From: Acidimicrobiia bacterium
GTDB lineage: Bacteria; Actinomycetota; Acidimicrobiia; IMCC26256; JAENVU01
Direction: 5' to 3'
NCBI GenBank assembly: GCA_046598395.1
Contig: JBKJIQ010000003.1
Location: forward strand, 40,914-104,913
Length of the DNA stretch: 64,000 bases
Below, piece after piece: positions 9,781 through 19,272 of the stretch. Positions within the stretch are counted from its first letter, which is position 1, and each line of letters opens with the position of its first letter. The notes under the pieces are model-generated. The model saw only the letters and a program-made list of their open reading frames with translations, made no database searches and had not been told where the DNA came from. Both the position numbers and the translations under genes were made by a program.

Positions 9781-10182
9781 ATGACGATCCTCATCGTCAC
9801 GACCGTCGCCGTCATTGGCCTCTTCGGCGCCGTGATCGGGGCCCGACACCTCTACTTTCGACTCGACCGGCCGGGCGGGTTCGAATGCTCCTTGCGCGTC
9901 ACCCACGGTCAGGTTCTCGGCCTCGGCTCAACGTTCCGAGCGGGTTACGCCGGACCGGAAATCCAGGTACTGCTCTGGCGCCGCATCGCCTGGCCCGGTG
10001 AGGGCGTGAGAATCCCCGTGCTTTGCATCCGCATCGATCAGGCGCGGCGCCCAGCCCCGGGCGAACGGTTGCGGATTCCGGCCACGTTCAGCGTGCTGCC
10101 CATCGAGCTCGCCGACGGCACCACCCTCGAGCTCGCGCTCCCGCGTCGGCGCGTCGCCCGCCTCGTGGCACTCCTGAGCTGA
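9781..10182 (+). CDS. Single-pass membrane protein, DUF2550-like
   Basis: N-terminal TM followed by GGFECSLR...LLWRR, resembling actinobacterial DUF2550. Confidence 0.55.
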   Translation: MTILIVTTVAVIGLFGAVIGARHLYFRLDRPGGFECSLRVTHGQVLGLGSTFRAGYAGPEIQVLLWRRIAWPGEGVRIPVLCIRIDQARRPAPGERLRIPATFSVLPIELADGTTLELALPRRRVARLVALLS

Positions 10183-10206
10183 CCAACGTCCCGCTACCCT
10201 CGCCGC

Positions 10207-11841
10207 GTGCCCAACGATCCGCTCGATGTCGTGGTGATCGGTGGGGGCCACAACGGTCTCGTTGCCGCCGGACTGCTGGCCAAACGCGGCGCGCGGGTCA
10301 CCGTGCTCGAACGGCGCAGCGTTGTGGGTGGTGCCGCCATCACCGAACAGCCCTGGGGTCCCGACTTCAAGATGACCGCGTTGTCCTACGTGGTCAGCCT
10401 GATGCCACCAACGATCCTGCGCGAACTCGAACTCGCGAAGCACGGTTACAAGATCCATCCCCAAGGCCCATACTTTGCGCCGCGGCCCGACGGTCCGGCG
10501 CTCCGACTCCCCGACGACCCCGCCGCGCGCCATTCCGAGATCGCGCGCTTCTCGGCCCGCGACGCGGACGCGTACCGGCAATGGGAAACCTGGCTCGGCG
10601 GTCTCGCCGACGTACTCGCACCGCTGCTCACCGAAACCCCACCCCGGCTCGGGTCACATCGCGCCTCGGATCTCATCGCTGCGGGAAAGTTCGGCTGGCT
10701 CGCCCGCGATTGGGACGAACGCGCCATCGCCGATATCACGCGGCTCTTCACCATGAGCATCGCCGATCTCGTGGAGGAGCGATTCGAGTCCGACGCGATG
10801 CGCGGGGTGCTCTCGGTGAGTGGTGTCATCGGCACCTGGGCCGGTCCGCGATCAGCGGGCACCGCCTACGTGATGGCCCACCACAAGATCGGCGACGTCG
10901 GCGATGGACAGATCGGGGCATGGGGATTCCCCGAAGGCGGCATGGGCGCCGTCACCGGGGCGCTGCGCGATGCCGCACTGTCATTCGGTGCCACCGTCCG
11001 CACGAACGTCGACGTCGCTCGCATCCTCGTGCATCACGGCGAGGCGCGCGGCGTGGTCACCGCCTCCGGCGAAGAGATCCGCGCCAACTGCGTGATCGCC
11101 GCTACCCATCCTCAGATCACGTTTCTGCAACAACTCGACGCTTCGGAACTCCCTGACCAGTTCGTGGACGACATCAAACGATGGAAGACCCGCAGCGGAA
11201 CGGTGAAGGTCAACCTCGCGCTCGACCGACTTCCCGAGTTCCGTGCCGCGCCCGGGTTCGACCCCGACGTCCATGGCGGCACGATCGTGCTGGCTCCGAG
11301 CCTCGATCACGTGGAGAACGCATTTCAGGACGCGGTCGCCGGACGCGCCGCGGCCGCACCGTTTGCCGATATCTGCATTCCATCCGTCTTTGATCACACC
11401 CTCGCCCCCGAAGGCCAGCACGTGATGTCGATGTTCACGCAATGGGTGCCATGCGCGTGGAGCGCCGAGCCGCACTATGAGGAACTGGACGCCTACGCCG
11501 ACCGGCTGATCGCGCAGGTCGAAGCAGTAGCACCCGGCTTCACCAGTTCGATTCTGCACCGCCAGGTCATCGGCCCGTACGACATGGAACACACCTACGG
11601 ATTGGTTGGTGGGAACATCTTCCACGGCGAACTCTCACCCTCGCAGTTGTTCCACATGCGTCCGGCGCCGGGCTATGCCGACTACCGCACCCCGATCGCG
11701 GGTTTATACCAAGCGTCGAGCGCAACGCACGGCGGCGGTGGCGTGACCGGGATCCCCGGGCTCAAGGTGGTGGAACAGATCGTGCGCGACCGCTCCACCA
11801 CGCGCGACCGCGTCCGCCGCGCCGTCTCCCGCCGCCCGTAG
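10207..11841 (+). CDS. Phytoene-dehydrogenase-like FAD-dependent oxidoreductase
   Basis: VVIGGGHNGLVAA, LERRSVVGGA, GGMGAV, GGNIFHGE, THGGGGVTG. Confidence 0.88.
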   Translation: MPNDPLDVVVIGGGHNGLVAAGLLAKRGARVTVLERRSVVGGAAITEQPWGPDFKMTALSYVVSLMPPTILRELELAKHGYKIHPQGPYFAPRPDGPALRLPDDPAARHSEIARFSARDADAYRQWETWLGGLADVLAPLLTETPPRLGSHRASDLIAAGKFGWLARDWDERAIADITRLFTMSIADLVEERFESDAMRGVLSVSGVIGTWAGPRSAGTAYVMAHHKIGDVGDGQIGAWGFPEGGMGAVTGALRDAALSFGATVRTNVDVARILVHHGEARGVVTASGEEIRANCVIAATHPQITFLQQLDASELPDQFVDDIKRWKTRSGTVKVNLALDRLPEFRAAPGFDPDVHGGTIVLAPSLDHVENAFQDAVAGRAAAAPFADICIPSVFDHTLAPEGQHVMSMFTQWVPCAWSAEPHYEELDAYADRLIAQVEAVAPGFTSSILHRQVIGPYDMEHTYGLVGGNIFHGELSPSQLFHMRPAPGYADYRTPIAGLYQASSATHGGGGVTGIPGLKVVEQIVRDRSTTRDRVRRAVSRRP

Positions 11842-11854
11842 CGCACCCATCCTC

Positions 11855-11965
11855 GGCGTTTGTCGAGTAGGTGGCGCCCAGCGCACACAGTCCGACAAGC
11901 GCCACGAACACCCCGAGGCGTTTGTCGAGTAGGTGGCGCAGAGCGCACACAATCCGACAAACACC
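11855..11965. repeat. Two direct copies of a ~49-bp imperfect palindrome (REP-like)
   Basis: GGCGTTTGTCGAGTAGGTGGCGC(CC/AG)AGCGCACACA(G/A)TCCGACAA at 11855-11903 and 11917-11965, between convergent genes. Confidence 0.85.
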
Positions 11966-11981
11966 GAGGTGGTGGAGGCGG

Positions 11982-13238
11982 TTAGGCGGTGGCGACGAGC
12001 GCGGCTGCGAAGGCCGCGAGGGCGCGAGCGATCTCCGGCTCGGTGACCACGAGCGGGGGCATCCAGCGCAGCACGTTGCCCGCAGTCCCGGCATTCATCA
12101 AGAGCAACTGGCCGTACTCGCGACAATGCGAAGCGATAGCTGCGACGCGCGGCGCGTCGGGTGCGCCGTCCACGGTCATGAGCTCACATCCCACCATGAG
12201 GCCCGGACCCCGAACGTCACCAAGCCCAGGATGCTCACGCGCCAGCGCCGTGAGACCGGCCCGCAACTGCTCACCCCGGGCGTTGACGTTCTCCATGAAG
12301 CCCGGGGCGGTGAGCACGTCGATCGTCGCGAGGGCGGCTGCGCATCCGATGGGATTGCCGCCGTAGGTTCCACCGTGCGCGCCCACCGGCCAGCAGTTCA
12401 TGATCGCGGCCGACGCACCGATCGCGGAGATCGGAAACCCCGATGCGATGCCCTTGGCCATCACGACGATGTCGGGATCCACACCCATCGCATCGATCGC
12501 GAACATCGAACCCGTGCGGCCGAAGCCAGACTGCACCTCATCGGCCACGTACAGGATTCCGTGCTCCTCGCAACGCGCCTTAATGCCCTGCGCGAACCCG
12601 GCGGGCGCGGGCACGTACCCTCCTTCGCCGAGCACCGGTTCCATGACGATGGCCGCGGTCTCGCCGGGCGCGGTCTGCGACGCAAGTAATAGATCGAAGG
12701 CCACCAACGCCCGCACCGTTGCCTCGTCGTCGCTGATGCCGTCGCGGAACCCGTAGGGAAACGGTGCCACGAAGATGCCGCTGGGCAACGGCTGGTATCC
12801 GGCGCGGTAGCCCGTCTTCGAGGTGGTCATCGCCATGGTGAGATGTGACCGACCGTGGAAAGAGCCCTGGAACACGATGATGTTCGGTCGTCCGGTGGCG
12901 TGCTTCGCGAGCTTCACCGCGGCCTCGGTGGCCTCCGCGCCGGAGTTGGCGAAGAAGAAGGTGTCGATCCCACTGGGCGAGATACCAGCGAGCCGTTCCG
13001 CGAGTTGTTCCAGCAGCGGGTGTCGATAGCAGTTGACCTGCGCGTGAATGAATCGCGCGGCTTGCTCCTGGATCGCGGCGACGACCGCCGGATGACAATG
13101 CCCGGTGCTCGTGACCGCGATTCCGCTGGTGAAGTCGAGGTACTCGGTGCCATCGGCCGTCGTGACCGTGCACCCGGAACCGGACACCACCGCGAGGTCG
13201 GTGACTTGAAACCAAACGTCGGCAAGATGCGTTCCCAT
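11982..13238 (-). CDS. Class III PLP aminotransferase (4-aminobutyrate aminotransferase-like)
   Basis: YLDFTSGI, NSGAEA, FHGR, EPVLGEGG, DEVQSGFGRTG, MAKGIASG, HGGTYGGN. Confidence 0.92.
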   Translation of the reverse strand: MGTHLADVWFQVTDLAVVSGSGCTVTTADGTEYLDFTSGIAVTSTGHCHPAVVAAIQEQAARFIHAQVNCYRHPLLEQLAERLAGISPSGIDTFFFANSGAEATEAAVKLAKHATGRPNIIVFQGSFHGRSHLTMAMTTSKTGYRAGYQPLPSGIFVAPFPYGFRDGISDDEATVRALVAFDLLLASQTAPGETAAIVMEPVLGEGGYVPAPAGFAQGIKARCEEHGILYVADEVQSGFGRTGSMFAIDAMGVDPDIVVMAKGIASGFPISAIGASAAIMNCWPVGAHGGTYGGNPIGCAAALATIDVLTAPGFMENVNARGEQLRAGLTALAREHPGLGDVRGPGLMVGCELMTVDGAPDAPRVAAIASHCREYGQLLLMNAGTAGNVLRWMPPLVVTEPEIARALAAFAAALVATA

Positions 13239-13272
13239 GGGCGCGCAGGCTACGCGCCCACGGCACTTCTAG

Positions 13273-13821
13273 CTACGGCTCGAGCGCCCAGGCCGCGTTG
13301 GCGTCTGCGAAGAGCTGGAGCGTGCCGTTCATATCGCGCGGCCGTTCCTCGAGACTTTCTGCATCCCACTCGGAACGCTGGGCGTCGAAGAAATCGCCGC
13401 CGTACACGTGGAGCGCGACGGCGTATTCACGCCGCGGATTGGCCACGGCGTGGATCGCGTCGTGACCCATCACCAGCACGTCGCCCGCTACGAGTTCGCG
13501 CCCGCCACTCGGCTCCAACCCGTGATCGCCGCGCCGGAAGAACGAATTGTCCTCCTGGCCGCCGTACATGCCGACGACCGCGAACATCGCGTGCTCGTGT
13601 GGGTTCAACTTCATGCCGGGAGTCCAAGCCAGGTGGAGGACCGTGAGGTCTGGGGCGCGGTGCAACACCAAGATGCCGCCCTCGGTGATCGGACCAATTG
13701 CGGTGCTCAACGCAACCGGGTCGCTGACCAGCTCCGTGACGGCATCGCGCACCGCAAGCTGGGGCGTGTGCTCGCCGATCGCCTGCACACAACGGTCCAC
13801 GATCGCATCGGTGTCGAGCAC
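13273..13821 (-). CDS. Cupin, cysteine-dioxygenase-like metal-binding protein
   Basis: PHEH...GQEDN...IHAVAN...LHVYGG. Confidence 0.75.
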   Translation of the reverse strand: MLDTDAIVDRCVQAIGEHTPQLAVRDAVTELVSDPVALSTAIGPITEGGILVLHRAPDLTVLHLAWTPGMKLNPHEHAMFAVVGMYGGQEDNSFFRRGDHGLEPSGGRELVAGDVLVMGHDAIHAVANPRREYAVALHVYGGDFFDAQRSEWDAESLEERPRDMNGTLQLFADANAAWALEP

Positions 13822-13845
13822 GCCTCGGAGCCTACGACTCCCGAT

Positions 13846-14970
13846 CTAGCGAGGCCGGAGGTTCGTGAGTGGGCGGCCGTACGTCCACGCCGCGGGGTCG
13901 CCCGGCTGCCACCGTCCGGAACCGAAGGGATGCTCCGCGATGCGATCACGGGCCATGCGCTCAGCGGCGCGACCCGGCGGAACCGACCATTCCCGTCCCA
14001 TCGCGAACACCTTGGCGGTGGTGTCCTCGATGCGGGCCGTCGACGCGATCGCCTGATCACGCGAATACCCGCCGAACTCTTGCGCGATATTGAGGACTCC
14101 ACCGGCGTTGACCACGAAGTCGGGTGCGTACAGGATCCCGAGCGCCCCAAGCGCGTCGTCCATCGCTTCTGATCCGAGTTGGTTATTCGCGCCGCCACAA
14201 ATCACCTCACACCGGAGAGCCTCGATCGTGGTCTCGGTCACGACCGCGCCGAGCGCGCAGGGCGCGAGCACATCACATTCGGCACCCAGCGCCGCATCTG
14301 GCGCAAGGACTGCAACACCAAGCTCGGTGCCCACGGCCTGCGCGCGCGCCGAGTCGAGGTCACAGATCGATACCCGTGCGCCGTCCGCGACGAGCGACCG
14401 CGCCAAACTCGACCCGACCTTTCCTGCGCCCTGAATCACCACGTGGCGGTCGGCCAGCGAGGTGTTCCCCCATCGGTTCTGCGCGGCGGCGCGCATTCCG
14501 GCCCACACGCCAAACGAAGTGATCGGCGACGGGTCCCCCGATCCGCCCTTCGACTCGCTCACGCCCGTGACCCATGGCGTGAACTCGGCGATTCCGTCCA
14601 TGTCGGCCGTCGTTGCGCCCACGTCTTCGGCCGCGAGGTAGCGCCCGCCGAGTTCGTGGATGGCGCGCCCGAGGACCTCGAGCTGACCGGGCGTGCGCAC
14701 CGCCGAAGGGTCGTCCCACTGTACGACCGCCTTGCCGCCGCCGAGCGGCAACCCCGCGACCGCATCCTTGAGCGACATTGCTTCTGCCAGCCGGAGTGCG
14801 TCTGCGACCATCGCGTCGTCATCGGCGTAGTGCCAGAACCGGATTCCACCGAGCGCCGGACCGAGCGCGGTGGAATGAATCGCGATCACGGCCCGGATGC
14901 CCGCATCGGCATCGACGACGCGCACCACCTGCTCGTGACCGGCCGCCGTCTCCAACTCAGTGATCTCCAC
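13846..14970 (-). CDS. Glu/Leu/Phe/Val dehydrogenase (leucine dehydrogenase-like)
   Basis: IAIHSTALGPALGGIR, GGGKAV, AEDVG, GDPSP.T, IQGAGKVG, GGANNQL, PDFVVNAGG; start trimmed to GTG 14970. Confidence 0.92.
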   Translation of the reverse strand: MEITELETAAGHEQVVRVVDADAGIRAVIAIHSTALGPALGGIRFWHYADDDAMVADALRLAEAMSLKDAVAGLPLGGGKAVVQWDDPSAVRTPGQLEVLGRAIHELGGRYLAAEDVGATTADMDGIAEFTPWVTGVSESKGGSGDPSPITSFGVWAGMRAAAQNRWGNTSLADRHVVIQGAGKVGSSLARSLVADGARVSICDLDSARAQAVGTELGVAVLAPDAALGAECDVLAPCALGAVVTETTIEALRCEVICGGANNQLGSEAMDDALGALGILYAPDFVVNAGGVLNIAQEFGGYSRDQAIASTARIEDTTAKVFAMGREWSVPPGRAAERMARDRIAEHPFGSGRWQPGDPAAWTYGRPLTNLRPR

Positions 14971-15005
14971 GCGCCGGACTGTAGGTGGCGTCGGTCGATC
15001 CGGTC

Positions 15006-15416
15006 CTACGAGTCGGCAGGGTCGAGGTCGAGTGCGAGGGAGTTCACGCAGTAGCGAAGGCCGGTGGGTCCGGGTCCGTCGGGGAACACGTGACCCAGGT
15101 GACCACCACAGCGGGCGCACAGCACTTCAGTCCGGACCATGCCGTGAGCCGCATCAGTGCGCTCTTCGATCGCGCCTTCCTTGGCCGCGGCCCAAAACGA
15201 TGGCCAGCCACTGCCGGAATGGAACTTGGTATCGGAAGAAAACAGCTCGGCCTGGCAGCCCGCACACCGATAGGTCCCGGGATCCTCCACATCGGTGTAT
15301 TCGCCGGTGAACGCCCCCTCGGTGGCCGCTCGGCGCAACACGGCGTACTGATCGGGACGCAACCGGGCGCGCCAATCGTCATCGGTGAGGGTGCTGGGGT
15401 CCACGGCATCAGTCAT
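15006..15416 (-). CDS. msrB: Peptide methionine-(R)-sulfoxide reductase
   Basis: [42 protein letters not shown]. Confidence 0.96.
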   Translation of the reverse strand: MTDAVDPSTLTDDDWRARLRPDQYAVLRRAATEGAFTGEYTDVEDPGTYRCAGCQAELFSSDTKFHSGSGWPSFWAAAKEGAIEERTDAAHGMVRTEVLCARCGGHLGHVFPDGPGPTGLRYCVNSLALDLDPADS

Positions 15417-15435
15417 TTCCCTAGGTTACGGGCTC

Positions 15436-15455
15436 ATCTCCACACAATCTCCACA
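15436..15455. promoter_or_regulatory. Tandem direct repeat with 11-bp period, candidate OmpR-family binding site
   Basis: ATCTCCACA at 15436-15444 and 15447-15455 in the msrB/response-regulator divergent gap. Confidence 0.55.
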
Positions 15456-15499
15456 GTCCGAGGCCCACACCCTCACCTGCCCATTCGTATCCTTGTCAC

Positions 15500-16249
15500 G
15501 TGCCTTCGACCACCGTCTTCGCGCCCGCAGCGCGAACGATCCTCGTGGTTGAGGACGAAGCACCCATCGCCGATGCGGTGGCCGCCCGGCTCCGCTCCGA
15601 GGGTTATCTCGTGGAAATCGCGTCCGATGGTCCCGATGGCGTGCGCCGCTGCCAGGAACTTCGCCCCGATCTCGTGGTCCTCGACCTCATGCTTCCCGGT
15701 CTCGACGGCCTCGAAGTCTGTGAACGAATCCAAGCCGACCGACCCGTTCCGGTCCTGATGCTCACCGCCCGTGACTCCGAACGCGATCTTCTCGTGGGCC
15801 TCAGCGTGGGCGCAGACGACTACATGACGAAGCCGTTCAGCAGTCGTGAACTCGTCGCTCGCATTCACGCGCTGCTGCGCCGAGTCGAACGATCCCGCGC
15901 CGACGGCGCCGACGGCTCCGCCAAGGTGCGAGCAACCCTCGAAGTCGGTGCAATCGCGATCGACCCCGCCACTCGCCGTGTGCATCACACCGGCGAACAG
16001 GTACACCTCACACCTACGGAGTTCGATCTCGTCCTCTTCCTCGCCGAAACCCCCGGAGCGGTCTTCACCCGTGAAGATCTCCTGGAGCAGGTTTGGGGTT
16101 ACGACATCGCGTCGGGGGTGCGGACCGTCGACTCCCACGTGCGTGCGCTGCGGCGCAAGCTCGGCAACGACGTGATCAGAACCGTGCACGGCGTGGGCTA
16201 CGCCTTCGGCGACGCGTCGGCGGACCCTGCGCCCGACGAGCCCGCATGA
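15500..16249 (+). CDS. OmpR/PhoB-family response regulator
   Basis: VVEDE, VLDLMLPG, MLTAR, GADDYMTKPF, LTPTEF, RTVDSHV, TVHGVGY. Confidence 0.95.
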   Translation: MPSTTVFAPAARTILVVEDEAPIADAVAARLRSEGYLVEIASDGPDGVRRCQELRPDLVVLDLMLPGLDGLEVCERIQADRPVPVLMLTARDSERDLLVGLSVGADDYMTKPFSSRELVARIHALLRRVERSRADGADGSAKVRATLEVGAIAIDPATRRVHHTGEQVHLTPTEFDLVLFLAETPGAVFTREDLLEQVWGYDIASGVRTVDSHVRALRRKLGNDVIRTVHGVGYAFGDASADPAPDEPA

Positions 16250-17313
16250 GCCGCATGCGTCAAGTCCCCCACGTACCCGACCGCCCGCTCGACGCGCTCA
16301 CGTCTATCAAGGTAAAGCTCGCGACCCTGATCGTCGGCGCCGTGAGCATCACGGTTTTTGTCTTTTGGTTCGGCGTTCGCATCCTCCATCTCTGGGCCAG
16401 CCTGGCGGGCATCATCGCCGCCGCCTTTGCGCTCCTGCTCGTGAGCCGCTTGGCGCGCGGCATGACGTCTCCGTTGCGCGAGATGGCCGCCGCGACCCAA
16501 GCGATGGCGAAGGGGGACTACACCCAGCGCATCACCGCCACGTCTCACGACGAAGTTGGTCGCCTCGCCAGTGCGTTCAATCAGATGGCGGGTGAACTTG
16601 CCGAGACCGACCGAGTTCGCCGCGATCTTGTGGCGAACGTGAGTCACGAGCTGCGCACACCGCTCACCGCGCTGCAGGCCACGCTCGAGAACCTCGTCGA
16701 CGGAGTTGCCGCCGCGGATCCCAAGACTTTGCAAACCATGCTCAATCAAGTGGAGCGTCTGGGACGGCTCGTGGCCCAGCTCCTCGACCTCTCCCGCCTC
16801 GAAGCGGGCACCGACCCTCTCGACCGCCATGCATTCGCGGTCGAACCCGTGCTCGCCCATGCGGTGCGCGAACAGGAGCTCAACGACGCGGGCATCGCGA
16901 TCGAAATGAGCGTGGACGATCACGACCTGGCTGCCGACGGCGACCCCGAACGCGTGCACCAAGTGGTGGCCAACCTGCTCGAGAACGCCGTGCGCCACTC
17001 TCCACGCGGCGCCTCCGTCCAGGTCCGAGCGCATCGCACCAGCACCGGCGTCACGATCGAAGTGCTCGACGAAGGTCCGGGCATCGCGGCCGTCGACGCG
17101 CAGCGTGTGTTCGAACGCTTCTACCGTGCCGATACGGCACGGGCATCATCTGATGGCGGCGCCGGGCTCGGCCTCGCCATCGCCCGATGGATTGTCGACC
17201 TGCACGGCGGCGACATCCACCCCGAACCCCGCGAGCCGCACGGTTGTCGAATGGTGGTCACTCTGCCGCGCGCTTCATCGCAACTCAGCCCGACCCGGGA
17301 GGTCATCCAATGA
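16246..17313 (+). CDS. HAMP-domain sensor histidine kinase
   Basis: Two close TMs, HAMP, H-box SHELRTP, N-box NLLENA, DEGPG, FERFYR, GAGLGL. Confidence 0.95.
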   Translation: MSRMRQVPHVPDRPLDALTSIKVKLATLIVGAVSITVFVFWFGVRILHLWASLAGIIAAAFALLLVSRLARGMTSPLREMAAATQAMAKGDYTQRITATSHDEVGRLASAFNQMAGELAETDRVRRDLVANVSHELRTPLTALQATLENLVDGVAAADPKTLQTMLNQVERLGRLVAQLLDLSRLEAGTDPLDRHAFAVEPVLAHAVREQELNDAGIAIEMSVDDHDLAADGDPERVHQVVANLLENAVRHSPRGASVQVRAHRTSTGVTIEVLDEGPGIAAVDAQRVFERFYRADTARASSDGGAGLGLAIARWIVDLHGGDIHPEPREPHGCRMVVTLPRASSQLSPTREVIQ

Positions 17314-17975
17314 ACTTCGCAACGATCGACGATGCCCTACGCCGTATTCGTCGTGGCGAGATGGTGCTCGTTGCCGACGACGAGGACCGCGAGAACGAAG
17401 GCGACCTCACGATGGCTGCCGAATGGGTCACGCCCGAAGCGATCAACTTCATGTTGCGCTGGGCGCGCGGACTCGTGTGTATGCCCACGCATCCGAGCTA
17501 TCTGGACCGCCTCGAGATTCCCCCGATGGTGCCGCCGGATGTTGCCGGCAACGACACGCCGTTTGCGATCTCGATCGACCACGTGGACGCGGGGAGCGGT
17601 ATCGGCGCAGCCGATCGGGCGCACACCGTGCGACGGTTCCTGGATCCCACCGCCACACCGGAAGAGTTTCTCCGGCCCGGTCATGTGTTCCCGCTGCGGG
17701 CTCGGAGCCGCGGCGTCCTCGAACGCCGCGGTCACACCGAAGCCGCGATTGACCTCGCGCGCCTCGCGGGCCTCCCGCCCGTCGCGGTGATCTGCGAGGT
17801 CTTGCACGACGACGGTTCGCCCGCTCGCATGCCCTTCCTGCAACTGTTCGCCGAAGAGCATCGCATCGCGATCATCTCGGTGGCTCAGCTCGTGGACCAC
17901 ATCGAGGCCAACGGCTCGGCAGTCGCCGACGGCCAGCTCGCCGCCTCCGCCGGCCGCGCCCCCCTGCTCCTCTAA
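17310..17975 (+). CDS. ribB: 3,4-dihydroxy-2-butanone-4-phosphate synthase (stand-alone)
   Basis: DDEDRENEGD, GLVC, AADRA.T, RPGHVFPL, RRGHTEA, VICE. Confidence 0.93.
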   Translation: MNFATIDDALRRIRRGEMVLVADDEDRENEGDLTMAAEWVTPEAINFMLRWARGLVCMPTHPSYLDRLEIPPMVPPDVAGNDTPFAISIDHVDAGSGIGAADRAHTVRRFLDPTATPEEFLRPGHVFPLRARSRGVLERRGHTEAAIDLARLAGLPPVAVICEVLHDDGSPARMPFLQLFAEEHRIAIISVAQLVDHIEANGSAVADGQLAASAGRAPLLL

Positions 17976-18003
17976 CCCAACGCAGACGGCACCAAAGCCA
18001 AAT

Positions 18004-18252
18004 TTAGACTTCTTCGCCTACTTCTCTGAGTGCGGCGGCGATCGCGGCGCGCAGGCGTCGGGCGGTGTCCGGGGCAAGATGGGCCACGAGGCCGTAGCCC
18101 GCGCCGCCGCGCTCCTCCAAGGTCAGACTCACGCGCGGTTCGCCGTCATCCGATGCGCCGGGGTCGTCACTGAGCCCCACCATCCACGAGATCGGCGGGA
18201 ACTCGTCGTCGGACGGATGATCATCAAGGGAGTCGTCAATCGAACGCCGCAT
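18004..18252 (-). CDS. Small acidic hypothetical protein
   Basis: MRRSIDDSLDDH...WMVGLSDD...VSLTLEE...AHLAPDTARRLRAAI; fills the intergenic gap with coding-like composition. Confidence 0.6.
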   Translation of the reverse strand: MRRSIDDSLDDHPSDDEFPPISWMVGLSDDPGASDDGEPRVSLTLEERGGAGYGLVAHLAPDTARRLRAAIAAALREVGEEV

Positions 18253-18289
18253 GACGCGCACCATACCGGGAGCGCGCCACCGGAACTCG

Positions 18290-18844
18290 CTACGGCTGCC
18301 GGCCGAGAAACGCAACGATCTGGTGGGTCAGGCAGGCGTCGGCTCCAACCGGAACCACAGGATTGAAACCGGCGAATCCCCGTATCTCATCGGTGACCAC
18401 CATCTGGCACGCTCCCATGACCGCAGCCGCCAGATCGGCGGAAAGCTCTTCCGGTTGGCCTGTGGCTCGCGCGATATCCCATGAATGTGCCGCGGTGTCG
18501 AGCAGATTGATACTCGCACCGACCATGGCCGGCATGGGACCCGCACCGACGTTGACCTCTCCATCAAGGCCGGAACTGCGCCAGGCGGCGAGCGTGCTCT
18601 GCGCAACAGCCCGGAACTGAGCGCCGAGATCAGCATCCAGATTCGTGGCGTTGACGTCGGCCAGAAGCTCGTCCCCGCGAACGCCGCAGCCCATGTTGGT
18701 CACCACTCCCACGGTGTGCGCGAGCAGATCGCGCACCGCCCAATCGGCGCAGGGCGTCGGAGCATCGAGTTGGTCGGGACGGACTCCCGCAATCACCGAA
18801 CCGGTGTGATCGAAGGTGGCGGCCAGGGCATCGAGCAGGTCCAT
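18290..18844 (-). CDS. TIGR03086-like MDMPI/DinB-fold metal-binding protein
   Basis: APTPCADWAVRDLLAH, DTAAHSWDIA, VAFLGR. Confidence 0.85.
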   Translation of the reverse strand: MDLLDALAATFDHTGSVIAGVRPDQLDAPTPCADWAVRDLLAHTVGVVTNMGCGVRGDELLADVNATNLDADLGAQFRAVAQSTLAAWRSSGLDGEVNVGAGPMPAMVGASINLLDTAAHSWDIARATGQPEELSADLAAAVMGACQMVVTDEIRGFAGFNPVVPVGADACLTHQIVAFLGRQP

Positions 18845-18881
18845 TTCGAATCTCCGTCATTGGTCGGCTTGCATTCACAGT

Positions 18882-18904
18882 GCATCTGTAAGAAGATGCT
18901 TACA
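18882..18904. promoter_or_regulatory. Candidate ArsR-family operator
   Basis: Inverted repeat TGTAAG-N6-CTTACA (18887-18904) overlapping GCATCT-N6-AGATGC, abutting the ArsR start. Confidence 0.55.
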
Positions 18905-19272
18905 TGATTCGAACCGCGGCGCAAGCCGATCGCCTCGACGCCACCGCGCATGCGGTCGCGGATCCCACGCGTCGGCGAATCCTCACGCTCGTACGCGACC
19001 GCGAGGTTTCGGCGGGCGAACTGGCCGTTCAGTTCTCACACCTGAGCCGGCCTGCGGTCTCCCAACACCTCCGGGTGCTCCGGGCCGCTCGCTTGGTGTC
19101 GGTCCGTAACGAGGGACCCCGGCGCATGTACCGCAGCCAGCCGGAAGGCCTGGCGGAGATGCGCAGCTTCATCGACGAGATGTGGACGGATCGACTCGCA
19201 CACCTGAAGCGTGCCGTCGAGAACTCCGCGAGCCCTGCGCACCCGCGCCCCAAGAAGAAAGCGAAGCCATGA
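18904..19272 (+). CDS. ArsR/SmtB family transcriptional regulator
   Basis: ADPTRRRIL, AGELA, SRPAVSQHLRVL. Confidence 0.9.
   Translation: MIRTAAQADRLDATAHAVADPTRRRILTLVRDREVSAGELAVQFSHLSRPAVSQHLRVLRAARLVSVRNEGPRRMYRSQPEGLAEMRSFIDEMWTDRLAHLKRAVENSASPAHPRPKKKAKP

Noticed and set aside
11851-11969. Possible mini CRISPR array
   Set aside because: Only two units, a 13-bp gap, ~49-bp repeat, no cas genes; better explained as REP-like.
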